A stretch of 64,000 nt of DNA from Mobula hypostoma (lineage: Eukaryota): the NCBI RefSeq assembly GCF_963921235.1, contig NC_086097.1, forward strand, positions 16,306,001 to 16,370,000, written 5' to 3'. The notes below the pieces were generated by a model, which was not told where the DNA came from, searched no databases, and saw only the letters and a list, made by a program, of their open reading frames with translations. Position 1 is the first letter of the stretch. The number at the start of each line of letters is the position of its first letter. Positions 12,108-22,261 of the stretch are shown piece by piece. Both the position numbers and the translations under genes were made by a program.

Positions 12108-14530
12108 TTTTTTTTCTCTCAGTCCATATTTATATTCCCTTATTGCTTTTTAACTGTTTTTAATGGAGGTCGGGTTTGAGGACGTGATTGTTTTAAGTTG
12201 TTTAACTCTACTTGATTCCTAGTTAGCCCATTGCTTTGCTTTTTAGATTAGTTGCACGGTGGGTTTTTTTTGGGGGGGGTTTTCTCTCTTTATTGATATA
12301 TATAAAATCAGTATACTATTATATTACCTTGTTATTTTATGTTTAAATTGCACTTTGTATTAATTTTTTCTGTATTAATATTTCCTGTAATATATTATAT
12401 TCTAACAGTGTATGAGTGCCTATATGGTTTACCTTTTGTGTACTAATTCAATAAAAAGATTTAAAAAGAATTCTCCATATCAGCATCATTTCCACCTTTC
12501 ACAACTGCTAGAAGCTGATGGAAATCACAACAGCAAATGGTTAAAATACCCCCAAAGGCCTCATTCTTGCCGCATACACCACGAAAATACCAGTCCACGG
12601 CTTCGAAACTCTCCCTCCTAATTATGGGGCACTCATCCCAGACAATAATCCTCACATTTTGGAGTAAATTTGCAGTATTGGTGTTTTAAAGCTATGTTAC
12701 AAAGGGCATCTTCATTGACTTTGAGGAGTATTTTGGATCTTGAATGCGCTGTCCTACCACCAGGCATCAATGTTGCTGCAATACCTGATGGTGTTACAAC
12801 AATAGCAACACCTCCGTCATCCCTAACTTTAGTGAGGATCAAGTTGATGATAAGTGTCTTGCCCGTTCCTCCTGGTGCATCAATGAAAATCATTAAAGAG
12901 AGTCCTTTCCAAGCAGTCGCACACGTATTCATATATTTCTCTTTGCTCATTATTCAATAGGGTACTCTTTGCCGCATATTCTCAAGTTGATCTTTCCTTT
13001 TCTTCTCTGTCTCTTCCTCTCTCCTCCTCCTCTGCCTGCTTTTGCCATTCTGGAGACGTGCAGCCCTTTCATCCTTCGTCTCTTCATCTCTTCTACCATC
13101 TGTTCTTTCTCTCTGGTCCTGGAGTCGTGTGGCCCAGGCCTGATCCGATTCTTGTTCTCTCCTCCTTCTGTGCCTGTTGTTGTCATTTTGGAGATGTGCA
13201 TGCCTCTCCTCCTCTCATCTTTTTTGTCCTGATTCTTTGATCCTGGAGTCGTGCGGCCCTGGCCTCATCCGATTGTCGTTCTCTCCCTCTCCTTGCCGCT
13301 TCCTGACAACGTTTGGTGTCATCTCTTGACCATAATATCCCCCTTCTCTTTCCACTCGGCATAATTAGGCTGTCCATATTTTTTTACCCTAATGCTTGAT
13401 GGAGGATACGAAGCAGTAACACCAAAGCCTTCAGGATGCTGATTTTTCTTGATGATGTGGTTGGCACTCTCCTAAGTGGACGTAATAGCCCTGCCCTATT
13501 GTTGCGGTTGGTGTCGCTGCTGTGAGCATCGTGAGGCACTGCTGGGGCTGGCCGTGCGCATGCGTTGTGGTGTTGCGTCGCCATTTCCATGAAAGGTGGA
13601 ATCGGCTCTGTGAGCATCGTGAGGCGCTGCTGGGGCTGGCCGTGTGCATGCGTTGTGGCGTCGCATCGCCGTTTCCATTAAAGCTGGAATTGGCTCGGGT
13701 TGTGGAAAGTGGGGCCTGTTGATTGACGAGTGAGCAATTTTATACGAATATATAACCCTGAACCTTGCATACATTCTGTAAGTTAGCGCATTTTAAGTCA
13801 ATTTAATCAAAAAAAAAGTGCTGCTGTAATGCACCGTTTGGGCTAATTGGAGGTCACAAACAGAGCATGAGAATTTTAGTAGTATATACATAAGGAGTTT
13901 CAGTGGAATAAAATACTGTGGGGATGGTTTTGCCAAGTTGATGAAGAAAATTCATACTTACAATGTAAGCTAAATACTTAAATTCTTAAGTGGACAGTTT
14001 ACTGGTGTTGTTTCCCAAATACATTGTTTCAAAAGTTTCCATTTCCCTGACCTTGGGTAATTAAGAGTTAGCAAGTTGTGGACATGTTGTATTGACATCA
14101 GAAGCATGGCAACACTTGCAGGTTACCCCCAGCACATACCAAGACTGTTGATCAGTGATGCAAAACAACACGTGACAAACAAAGCTAATGTTTAAATTTT
14201 CTTTAATTATCCCCTGTGGCACTATATTTGAAGCTCTACTCATTACCACAGAAATAACCTTGCCTGTGTCTTGGCCTTTGATTTCCAGTGTAAAGCAGGA
14301 AGTCTGGGAACACATCACTCCTTTCACCCTGGAACAGGATTTAAAATGGAGTAGCCTATGCAAGTAAATGGGTAGAGAATATATTTTATATGTGGGGGGA
14401 AAAGCTACTGCCATCAAATTCATTTGACACATCGCGCATCATCCACCCAAACGAGATTTCTTAAGTTTGGCCAGGCCGGGGGTCATCACCCACTATATTA
14501 AGCCGCTAGCCGAAGCAGGAGTTGCAATTG

Positions 14531-14548
14531 TGGGGGCTCGTCCGGGAT
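14531..14548 (+). other. Primer-binding site complementary to tRNA-Pro 3' end
   Basis: TGGGGGCTCGTCCGGGAT, 4 nt after the 5' LTR remnant ending GAGTTGCA (14526); same sequence as the classical MLV PBS-Pro. Confidence 0.9.
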
Positions 14549-17500
14549 TGATTCCGTTGGATGCTGTGTGATTAACCCTGAGCAATGAACCAGTGGGGCA
14601 GATATTTGTATTCCGGATGAATTGTTAATTCGCCTGTTAAGTACTGTTGAAGTTGCAATTATGGGCAGAGGTTTGATAAAATGGCTGGCACAGCTCTCGT
14701 TTTAATGCAGACCAGCACTGAGGTAGCTGGGTGGTGGAGATTTCAAAGACAGGTTCTCTCATTTCTGAGGAGTGAGGGGAAAGAGTGGTCGGATTTGGAA
14801 TGTCTAATTAGTCCACATCCCCCGGTGAAGAGTGAGAATTCTGAGTTAGTATCCGTCCTTACTTCTCTGGTGAATAAATGGAAAAATCAGATTCAAAGTC
14901 CTAGCTATGGCAGGCTCCGCCTATTCTCTGGAAAAAAGTCCATCCCTAAAGGGCAGGAGGAGTACGAGACTTGGGCGGAGCTGCCCTCTTAGTTGTTAGA
15001 TGAGTGGCAGTGCTTTGATGATGAAAAGCGACAGAGATTGGTTGAAAGTTTAAATGGGCAGGACGCTGACATTGTGAGAGCTGTCACGTTGAAGTCTCCC
15101 GTAGCGACAGCTGTCAATTATCTGCAAGCACAAGCACTGGACAGTGCTTTTGGTCCGACTGGAAGCCCAATGGAGCTCCTGGTGGGGTTTTAGAACATGC
15201 TTCAGGAGAAGGGGGAGAAGCTTTCTGCTTTTATTTTTCAGCTAGAGAGGCAGCTAAATTGCTTGCAGCGCAGAGGGGTCATTTAGGCAGCTGAGGTGGA
15301 TCAGTTATGAATGGACCAGAGAGCCAGGAGCGCCCAGTCCCATGACCTGATTGCTTGGGGTCTCCGACAGTCTCGTAAGACGCGCCCCCAAAAGAAAGTA
15401 GTGACCCAAAAGAAGAATGGGAAGGTATGGATGTGTGTGGACTATAGGACTCTGAACAGGCGCACTATCCCTGACCAGTGTACGCTGGCCTGCCTGAGTG
15501 GTGCAAAGTAGTTCAGTGTGCTGGACTTGAGGAGTGGATATTACCAGATCCCCATGAGTGAGGCCGACAAAGAGAAAACGGCATTTATATGTCCCCTGAG
15601 ATTTTTCCAGTTCGAAAGGATCTCGGGAGCTCCTGCAACCTTCCAGCGGATCATGGAGAAGACGGTGGGGGATATGAACTTGCTTGAGGTATTGGTACAT
15701 CTGGATGACCTCATAGTATTTGGATCCACCTTGGAAGAATACGAAGTGAGGCTGCTGAAGGTGCTAGGCCGCTTGAAAGCTGAAGGGTTAAAACTTTCCC
15801 TGGACAAGTGCCAGTTCTGCCAAATGTCTGTTAGCTATGTTGGGCACATAGTCTCATGGAATGGGGTAGTTATAGACCCAGCTAAGACCAAGGCAGTTAC
15901 CATTTGGCCAAGACCCCAGACTGTGAGCGCTCTGAGCTCATTCCTCAGGTTCTGTGGTTACTATCGGAGGTTTGTGAAAGACTACGCAAAATGAATCACC
16001 CTTTGAATCAGCTTCTGTGCGGTTACCCTCCCTTGGGGAAGAAAGGGAGGGGGTAAAAGGGACAGGAGAGTGGAGAGTATCTTAGCCCATTGGAGTCCTT
16101 TGGACCTAGGTGGGATGCAAAATGTGAGAAGGCTTTTCAGTCACTGAAGGAGCTGCTGACCCAGGCACCAGTGCTGGCTTTTGCGGACCCCCGATTACGG
16201 TATGTACTGCACATGGATGCCAGCTGAGAGGGTTTAGGGGGCGTCCTGTATCAGGATCAGGGCTCTGGGTTGAGGCCTGGTGGGTTTGTTAGCCAGAGTC
16301 TGTCGCCCTCCGAGAAGAACTATCCCACGCACAAGTTGGAATCTCTGGCATTGAAGTGGGCGGTGGTGGATAGGTTGAGTGACTACCTCTTGGGGCCAAG
16401 TTTGAGATGAGGATGGACAACAACCCTCTAACTTATATCCTGACCTCAGCGAAACTGGATGCCACATGCCATCGGTGGTTGGCGGTGTTGTCTGCCTATG
16501 ATTTCAGCTTGAAGTACTGGCTGGGAAGCAGGAACATTGATGCTGATGCTTTGTCCCAACGGGCGCATGAGGGAACTAGACAGGGACGAGGAGTGGGAGA
16601 GCGTTCCTGCCCCTGGGGTGAAGGCCATGTGTCAGTTTGCCATCACCGTGAAGGCAGAGGAATAGGGGAGGCCAGATCAAGCAGTGGATCAATTGAGGGC
16701 TTCTGATGACACCATCCCCCAAGTTTATTGTAACCTGAATGCTCTGAAGACAAATCAGCTGCCGGAATTGAGTTCTGGGAAAAGTGGCTGCTGCTCAGCA
16801 AGATGATCCGTGCATTAGTACCATTTGGGCAGCGTCCGTGCCTCCATTACTACGAGAATGGCCTTGGTGGAGTTGAGAAAACAGATCTTATACCGGGTCA
16901 CATCACCCCCAGACCGACCCCGGTGTTGCCAGCTGGTTCTGCCCGACAGTATCGGAGGATGGCGTTGAAATCACTTCATGATGATTCAGGACATTTGAGG
17001 GTGGAAGAGACCTATGGATTGCTCAGAGACCGGTTTTACCGGCCCCGAATGAAGTCGGAGATCGAAGAACACTGCAAGTCATGCATTCGATGCATACGAC
17101 GGAAGACACTGCCTACGCGGGCTGCTCCCTTGTCCCATCTGGAGGGTGCGGGGCCTCTGGACCTGGTGTGTATGGACTTATGGATTTCCTGTCAATAGAA
17201 CCCAAAGCCAGCAACACAGCGAATGTCTTAGTCATCTCGGACCATTACACCAGATATGCTCAGGCTTTTCCTACCAAAGACCAGAGGGCATCTACAGTGG
17301 CAAAGGTGTTATGGGAGAAGTATTTCATTTATTATGGCCTTCCCAGGCAAATACATAGTGATCAGGGATGAGATTTCGAGAGCAGACTCATCCGTGAGTT
17401 ACTGGGCATGCTTGGAGTCCAGAGGTAGAGGACCACGCCCTATCACCCTCAGCCAGAGAGGTTTAACCGGACCTTGCTAGACATGCTCCGGACCCTGGAG

Positions 17501-18656
17501 ATCAGCAAGAAGAGCAGGTGGAGTCAACATATTGGGCATCTGGTTCACAGTTATAATTGTACGAGAAATGAAGCTACTAGGTAAAACAAAGGTCAACGGG
17601 CAACCTTGCCTCGCAATATTATCTGATGTTTGGGCACAAGGCAAGGTTGTCCACTGACCTTAGTTTTGAGACTGACGGGAGTGACTTACCACTGAAGACT
17701 TAACTAAGTATGTGTCTGACATGAGAAGAGAGTTGAAAAGGGCTTATGAATTAGCTGGGGTCGCGGCTGCCCAGCAGAATCAAGGAAATAAGAAAAGGTA
17801 TGATCGAAAGGTGAGGTTCTCCCAACTCCTGTCGGGAGACCGGGTCCTTATAAGGAATTTGGGGCTACCTGGAAAGCACAAGTTGGCTGACCGCTGGGTG
17901 GCTACGCCCTATGTGGTGGAGAGTCAGATGCCAAACCTATCAGTTTTCTGGGTGAAACCCGAGAATGGGAAGGGCCTGGGAAGATTCTCCATCGGACCCA
18001 CCTGTTGCCCCTGGGTCAAGAGGTGCCGGTAGACCCAGAGCTCAACTTGGAGCCTACACCTAGTAAGAGGACTCTTTGGACACGCGGGGGGACTACCGGG
18101 CCCCCAACAGGCGAGGTTAGGCCAGCCCCCACCCCTGAGAGGGATACTGATTCGGAGGATGAGGACTTGGACGTGTGGTATATGCTGCCTTTCGCTAACT
18201 CCCCAGTGATTGAGGAAGAGACTCCGGCCCTTCTCCCGCTGAGTCAGGTGAAGTCGGGGGGGGGGGGGCGTCTATCTGTGGGCAGCCTGGGTTAAGCAGG
18301 ACCCTGAAAGGAGAGGAAGCGGGGTCTGGACACGGGACAGCGGGCTCCGAGTCACGGGGGGCACGAGTGATAGGTTGGGGGAGGACTCACCAGGTAGACC
18401 AGAAGTATCCCCAGTAGCATCTGAGCCTGAAGAGTTAAGTAAGGAGGTACAGAGGTCTCAGGGAATTGGGAGACCACTGGATAGGCTGGCCTATGTAGCA
18501 CCAGGGGAATAGGGCGTAATCTCTACCGTTTTTTGGAGCTATGTCACTGCCTTTTGCACCTGGATTGGGTTTTGTGTTTTGCAGGAAGGGTCGACTTGAC
18601 GAATTATTTCAACATCATGAGGACATGACTAAATTTGGTGGGGGCGGGGGGGGGAG

Positions 18657-19222
18657 TGTAACACACTGTAACGATTCACTGGTAATGTAATGGCCTCTCT
18701 GTAATGTTCACTGCTGAGGTATGGTTTCTCTGTAGCAGCAATGTTTGGGTTTTGGCTGGAGATAGTAGGACTGTGGCATGCATGTTAGCCAATTAGGAGA
18801 TCATTGCTCTGTCTTGTGAAGCTGGAAGAGAGATCTTCGCGGTCTATTTGCCAGGGAGAGATGAGGAGAGAAGAATGGAGAGATTTGGTAGACCGCCAGA
18901 TGGGGTGGACTTGCAGTGAGGGTCCGAAGGGCAGTGACGATTGGAGGAGGTCAATGGTGGAAGATCGACCTATTAGTGAGCTCCAACTTTGCGCAACAGA
19001 TTGTTTTATAAGATTGGTCCTTTTTTTCGTTTTCTATACTAACCAGACAGTCAAAGTAAGAATTATCAAGCTTAATCGTTTAATCGCATATTGTGTACTG
19101 TTTGTTATTTCGGGGTGCTGAGTTGTAACAAGGGACAACCACCCAAACAAGATTTGTTAAATTTGGCCGAGGCAGGGGTTATCACCCCCTATATTAAGCC
19201 GCTAGCCGAAGCAAGAGTTGCA
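18657..19222 (+). repeat. 3' LTR (TGTAAC...GTTGCA)
   Basis: Follows a G-rich PPT; last ~85 bp match the 5' LTR remnant at 14442-14526. Confidence 0.85.
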
Positions 19223-19458
19223 CATTTTTTCCAAAATAAAATACAAAAATATTAAAGATTGACATTCCATTTTATAGCAATGAACAGGAAAAATAATGAA
19301 AATATGCTGGTGCATGGTGCAGGTTGCATATCAAGTTTCAGCAATAAACTGAACATTATAGCTGCCTGAAATAAAAACAAAATATGCTGCAAAAACTCTG
19401 GTGTGGCAACATGAGTGGAAAGAGAAATAGTTAATGTTTCAAGTCAAACATCATTGCC

Positions 19459-19627
19459 ACCAGTGGTGGAGGCAGATACACTAGTGAAGTTTAGGAAACT
19501 ACTAGACAGGTATATGGAGGAATTTAAGGTGGGGGGGGGTATATGGGAGGCAGGGTTTGAGGGTCGGCACAACATTGTGGGCTGAAGGGCTGTACTGTGC
19601 TGTACTATTCTATGTTCTATGTTCTAT
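19459..19627 (+). mobile_element. CR1-clade LINE 3' tail fragment
   Basis: Near-identical to the reverse complement of 4034-4190; ends (CTATGTT)n. Confidence 0.8.
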
Positions 19628-20018
19628 GCATTCATCAGTACTCTGACATTTGCTGTTTTTACCATAGATTTCCAGATTCTACAGTTTATTTGACTTCAAT
19701 ATTAGTATCTTGTTGAGAGTTAATCCTGAATCAGTACATTACCACTGTTCACTTTCATTCAAGGTTTCTCAGTGTCAAATACTGGCAGCTTTTTGTTTGA
19801 ATGGAGAGAATGGGGAGTTTTTTTTAAACTTACATTTATCCCTATGTAAATAGCTGGGAAGATTTCAGATGACTATTAATGTCATTTTCTGACTAATTCT
19901 TTCTTAAATTCTACTGACCAAGAGTCACCCAATTGTTCTTCATTTAAAACCACTGAATCAATAATCCTTCCTGCTTTACTACTCAAATATGTGCACCGAT
20001 ATATGGTCCCGTCAATTA

Positions 20019-20871
20019 CAGGTCGCCCTTCTATAATCCGGCACCATTGGGGCCTGAGGAGTGCCGGATTAGCAAAAATGCCAGATTACAGGAGGATCAT
20101 ATTAAGCAATAGCTAATCGCCTCATTATAGCTTTAAAATATCAAAGGATTCGAAGGTTCATTTAATGTCAGAGAAATGTATACAATATGCATCCTGAAAT
20201 GCTTTTTCTTCACAACTATCTACGAAAACAGAGGAATGCCCCAAAGAATGAACAACAGTTAAATGTTAGAACCCCTAAGATCCACCCCCCAACTCCCGTC
20301 CCTCCTGCGCGTAAGCGGCAGCGAGCAACAATCTCCCCTCCCCACCGGCAAAAAATAAAGCACCTCCACTACCAGCAGTCAAGCATGAGCTAAGCGATAG
20401 CAAAGACACAGACTTGCAGTTACCCCAAAGACTATATTGCACTCGCAGTTACTGAGGGAATCCTCATTAGTTTCTTTTCCTCCACTTAGTAAAATGCTTA
20501 AATTCAGCGGGTCACCACATCTGATCTGAGGTCATGGACAGAAGAGAATGGAGCGCTGGCCGGGCGATGCTGGAGGGTAGTGCGTGACTGCCGGCAGGCG
20601 GGTGAGAAGGTGGAACCGGACCGATGGGCAGGTGCTGGGCGGCCGCACCTCATGCAAGTGTTATTAATAAATTCAGGAAAACAAGCAGCCTGTCTGTGCT
20701 TACAAGCGCGTGCCAACACGTGAACCAATCAAGCTCAACCAAAACAATGCGCAGCAGATTGGTATGGTGGCCCGGAAAATTTGAAATTACAGTTGCGCGG
20801 AGAATTTGAAATCAGTGCGGATTATCGAAGGAACCGGATTACAGGTAGTCGGATTAGTGAAAGTCAACCTG
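20019..20871. mobile_element. Tigger/pogo-like MITE with nested inserts
   Basis: TA|CAGGTCGCCCTTCTATAATCCGG ... CGGATTAGTGAAAGTCAACCTG|TA imperfect TIRs, TA flanks, repeated subterminal CCGGATTA motifs. Confidence 0.7.
20440..20533 (-). pseudogene. Fragment of the 28S rRNA 5' end
   Basis: Reverse complement GACCTCAGATCAGATGTGGTGACCCGCTGAATTTAAGCAT...GAAAAGAAACTAA...GGATTCCCTCAGTAACTGCGAGTG is the universally conserved LSU 5' region. Confidence 0.92.
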
Positions 20872-20885
20872 TATTTTTCACTCAC

Positions 20886-21016
20886 CAGCGTTTACCACTG
20901 GCTGAGTCTGCAGTGCAAAACTGGCTGCCTTAACAAATGCAGACATGAAACCCAGCTTCAAGTTGTGCTTCTTGAGGAAGGTTTCTTTATGCAAAGTTCT
21001 CATTTCTTGGATGTTG
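20886..21016 (-). CDS. DLST: DLST exon 11 ([43 protein letters not shown])
   Basis: 131 nt; TTTGCAG acceptor; GTGAGT donor; [11 protein letters not shown] motif. Confidence 0.98.
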
Positions 21017-22261
21017 CTGCAAAGAAAAGAAAAACAATTTTCTTTCAACAACAACATAAACTACAAATAGTGCTGACCAGAGTAAGCTGCTACAAAATCA
21101 CAGGAGGCAAAGCTCTACTAACACAAGATATGCATGAAGACATATAGATATATAAGATATTCAACCATATAAGATATTCTTGATCATCAAACCAAAGTTT
21201 AAACATTCTCCATTTTCCACGTTTCTTATACAAAAATGCCAAGCAGTGAGTGCTATTAAATATTTATAAACAGTCAGTCAATGTGGGCATTTTCCTAAAA
21301 GAAAACTGCTACGTTTAAAAACTGCTAGGTTAATACACAGTAGGGGAAAGTGAACAACCCAATTAACAGATCCACAAGAAACCAACCTAGAACTGAACAA
21401 AATCGTGAAAAAAATGCCATTTGTTACAAACAACCTAGATGGAAACAACAGTAAAAATATGTTGTAAGCATTTCTGGAAAGAATAGCCAATATTTTAGGT
21501 ACAACGACATTGTCAGAATTCACTTCAAGTCAAAAGTGAAAGCAGTGTGTTCAAAAAAACATTACAAATACAGATTTATTAATAATTCCACTAGGTTAGA
21601 GCACCTAGTTTTTCAGAATTCAATTAGATTTCCAAGACATCTCTAATTGTGTGCAATCATCCTTACTTTTATCTGAAATGTTGATTACATGTTGAGCAAT
21701 TATGGAACTTTCTCTGTGAATCGTATGAGCTTTTTGAAGAAAAAAAATCAAGGATAACATTACTACAAATGGAAGGTTAGACAAGAGTTTACAAGCATAT
21801 GTGGAGCAGAAAGACTGAAATTAGACGGAGTTTCCTTTCTTCCCTCAAACCTCAAAAGTAACAAATACTTGGAAATGGCTTCTAAATAAACTTTAAGGTT
21901 TATAAAACTGAGATAAAACAGACTATACATTGTAGAAATAGGTCTGTCACCCCTAAAGCCTACTCCTTCATAGATATTAGCAATCTCTCCCACCTTGAGA
22001 GGTGCTAAATTTTTATTTTGTTTTGTCCTTTGTTATATGAACCTTAAGACAATAATAAATAGAATTGAAATATTTTCTGGTCTCAAGCTACACTGAGCTG
22101 CTCAATATAAAGCATCAGATCTTCTGCCTTCATTCTCTACATTTATTTTAATAAACTTATTATCAACTTTTATTTTTCACTAATGACTTTCAGCTTAACA
22201 ATTGCTCAGCGCCAATCCTACATTAACAAACTACACATCACAGATCTTGTGTCACAAAATC

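Larger units (their letters stand above)
6628..12467 (+). mobile_element. Full-length L1-clade LINE with 14-bp TSD
   Basis: TSD GAATTCTCCATATC at 6614-6627 and 12468-12481; ORF1, spacer, EN-RT-CCHC ORF2; AATAAA 12450-12455 and short A tail. Confidence 0.93.
5608..13890 (-). mobile_element. Helitron derivative (charged N-terminal repeat + PIF1-like helicase, no Rep domain seen), interrupted by L1
   Basis: Minus-strand 3' end GGGTGCCCCAACAGGTCACCC hairpin then CTAG|T at 5608; 5' end A|TGTATATACTACTAAAA at 13890 matching the copy at 26313; helicase motifs GGTGKT, GGRTAHS, WDE, LCNGTR, TIHKAQGQT, HGQLYV.LSR in 5752-6627 and 12468-12950. Confidence 0.9.
14425..19222 (+). mobile_element. Degenerate Gypsy/Ty3 LTR retrotransposon (PNMA-like gag, RT, RNase H, integrase; protease region deleted)
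   Basis: gag YGRLRLFSG..EEYETW..KRQRLVESL; RT MCVDYRTLN, LDLRSGYYQI, HLDD; RNase H; integrase HDDSGH..CKSCIRC, IHSDQG; PPT before 18657; candidate TSD CATT at 14421-14424 and 19223-19226. Confidence 0.92.

Noticed and set aside
5752..12950. Host PIF1 helicase gene
   Set aside because: Intronless, frameshifted and bounded by Helitron termini.
20440..20533. Functional rRNA gene
   Set aside because: Only 94 bp with substitutions, no rDNA context; reported as a fragment.
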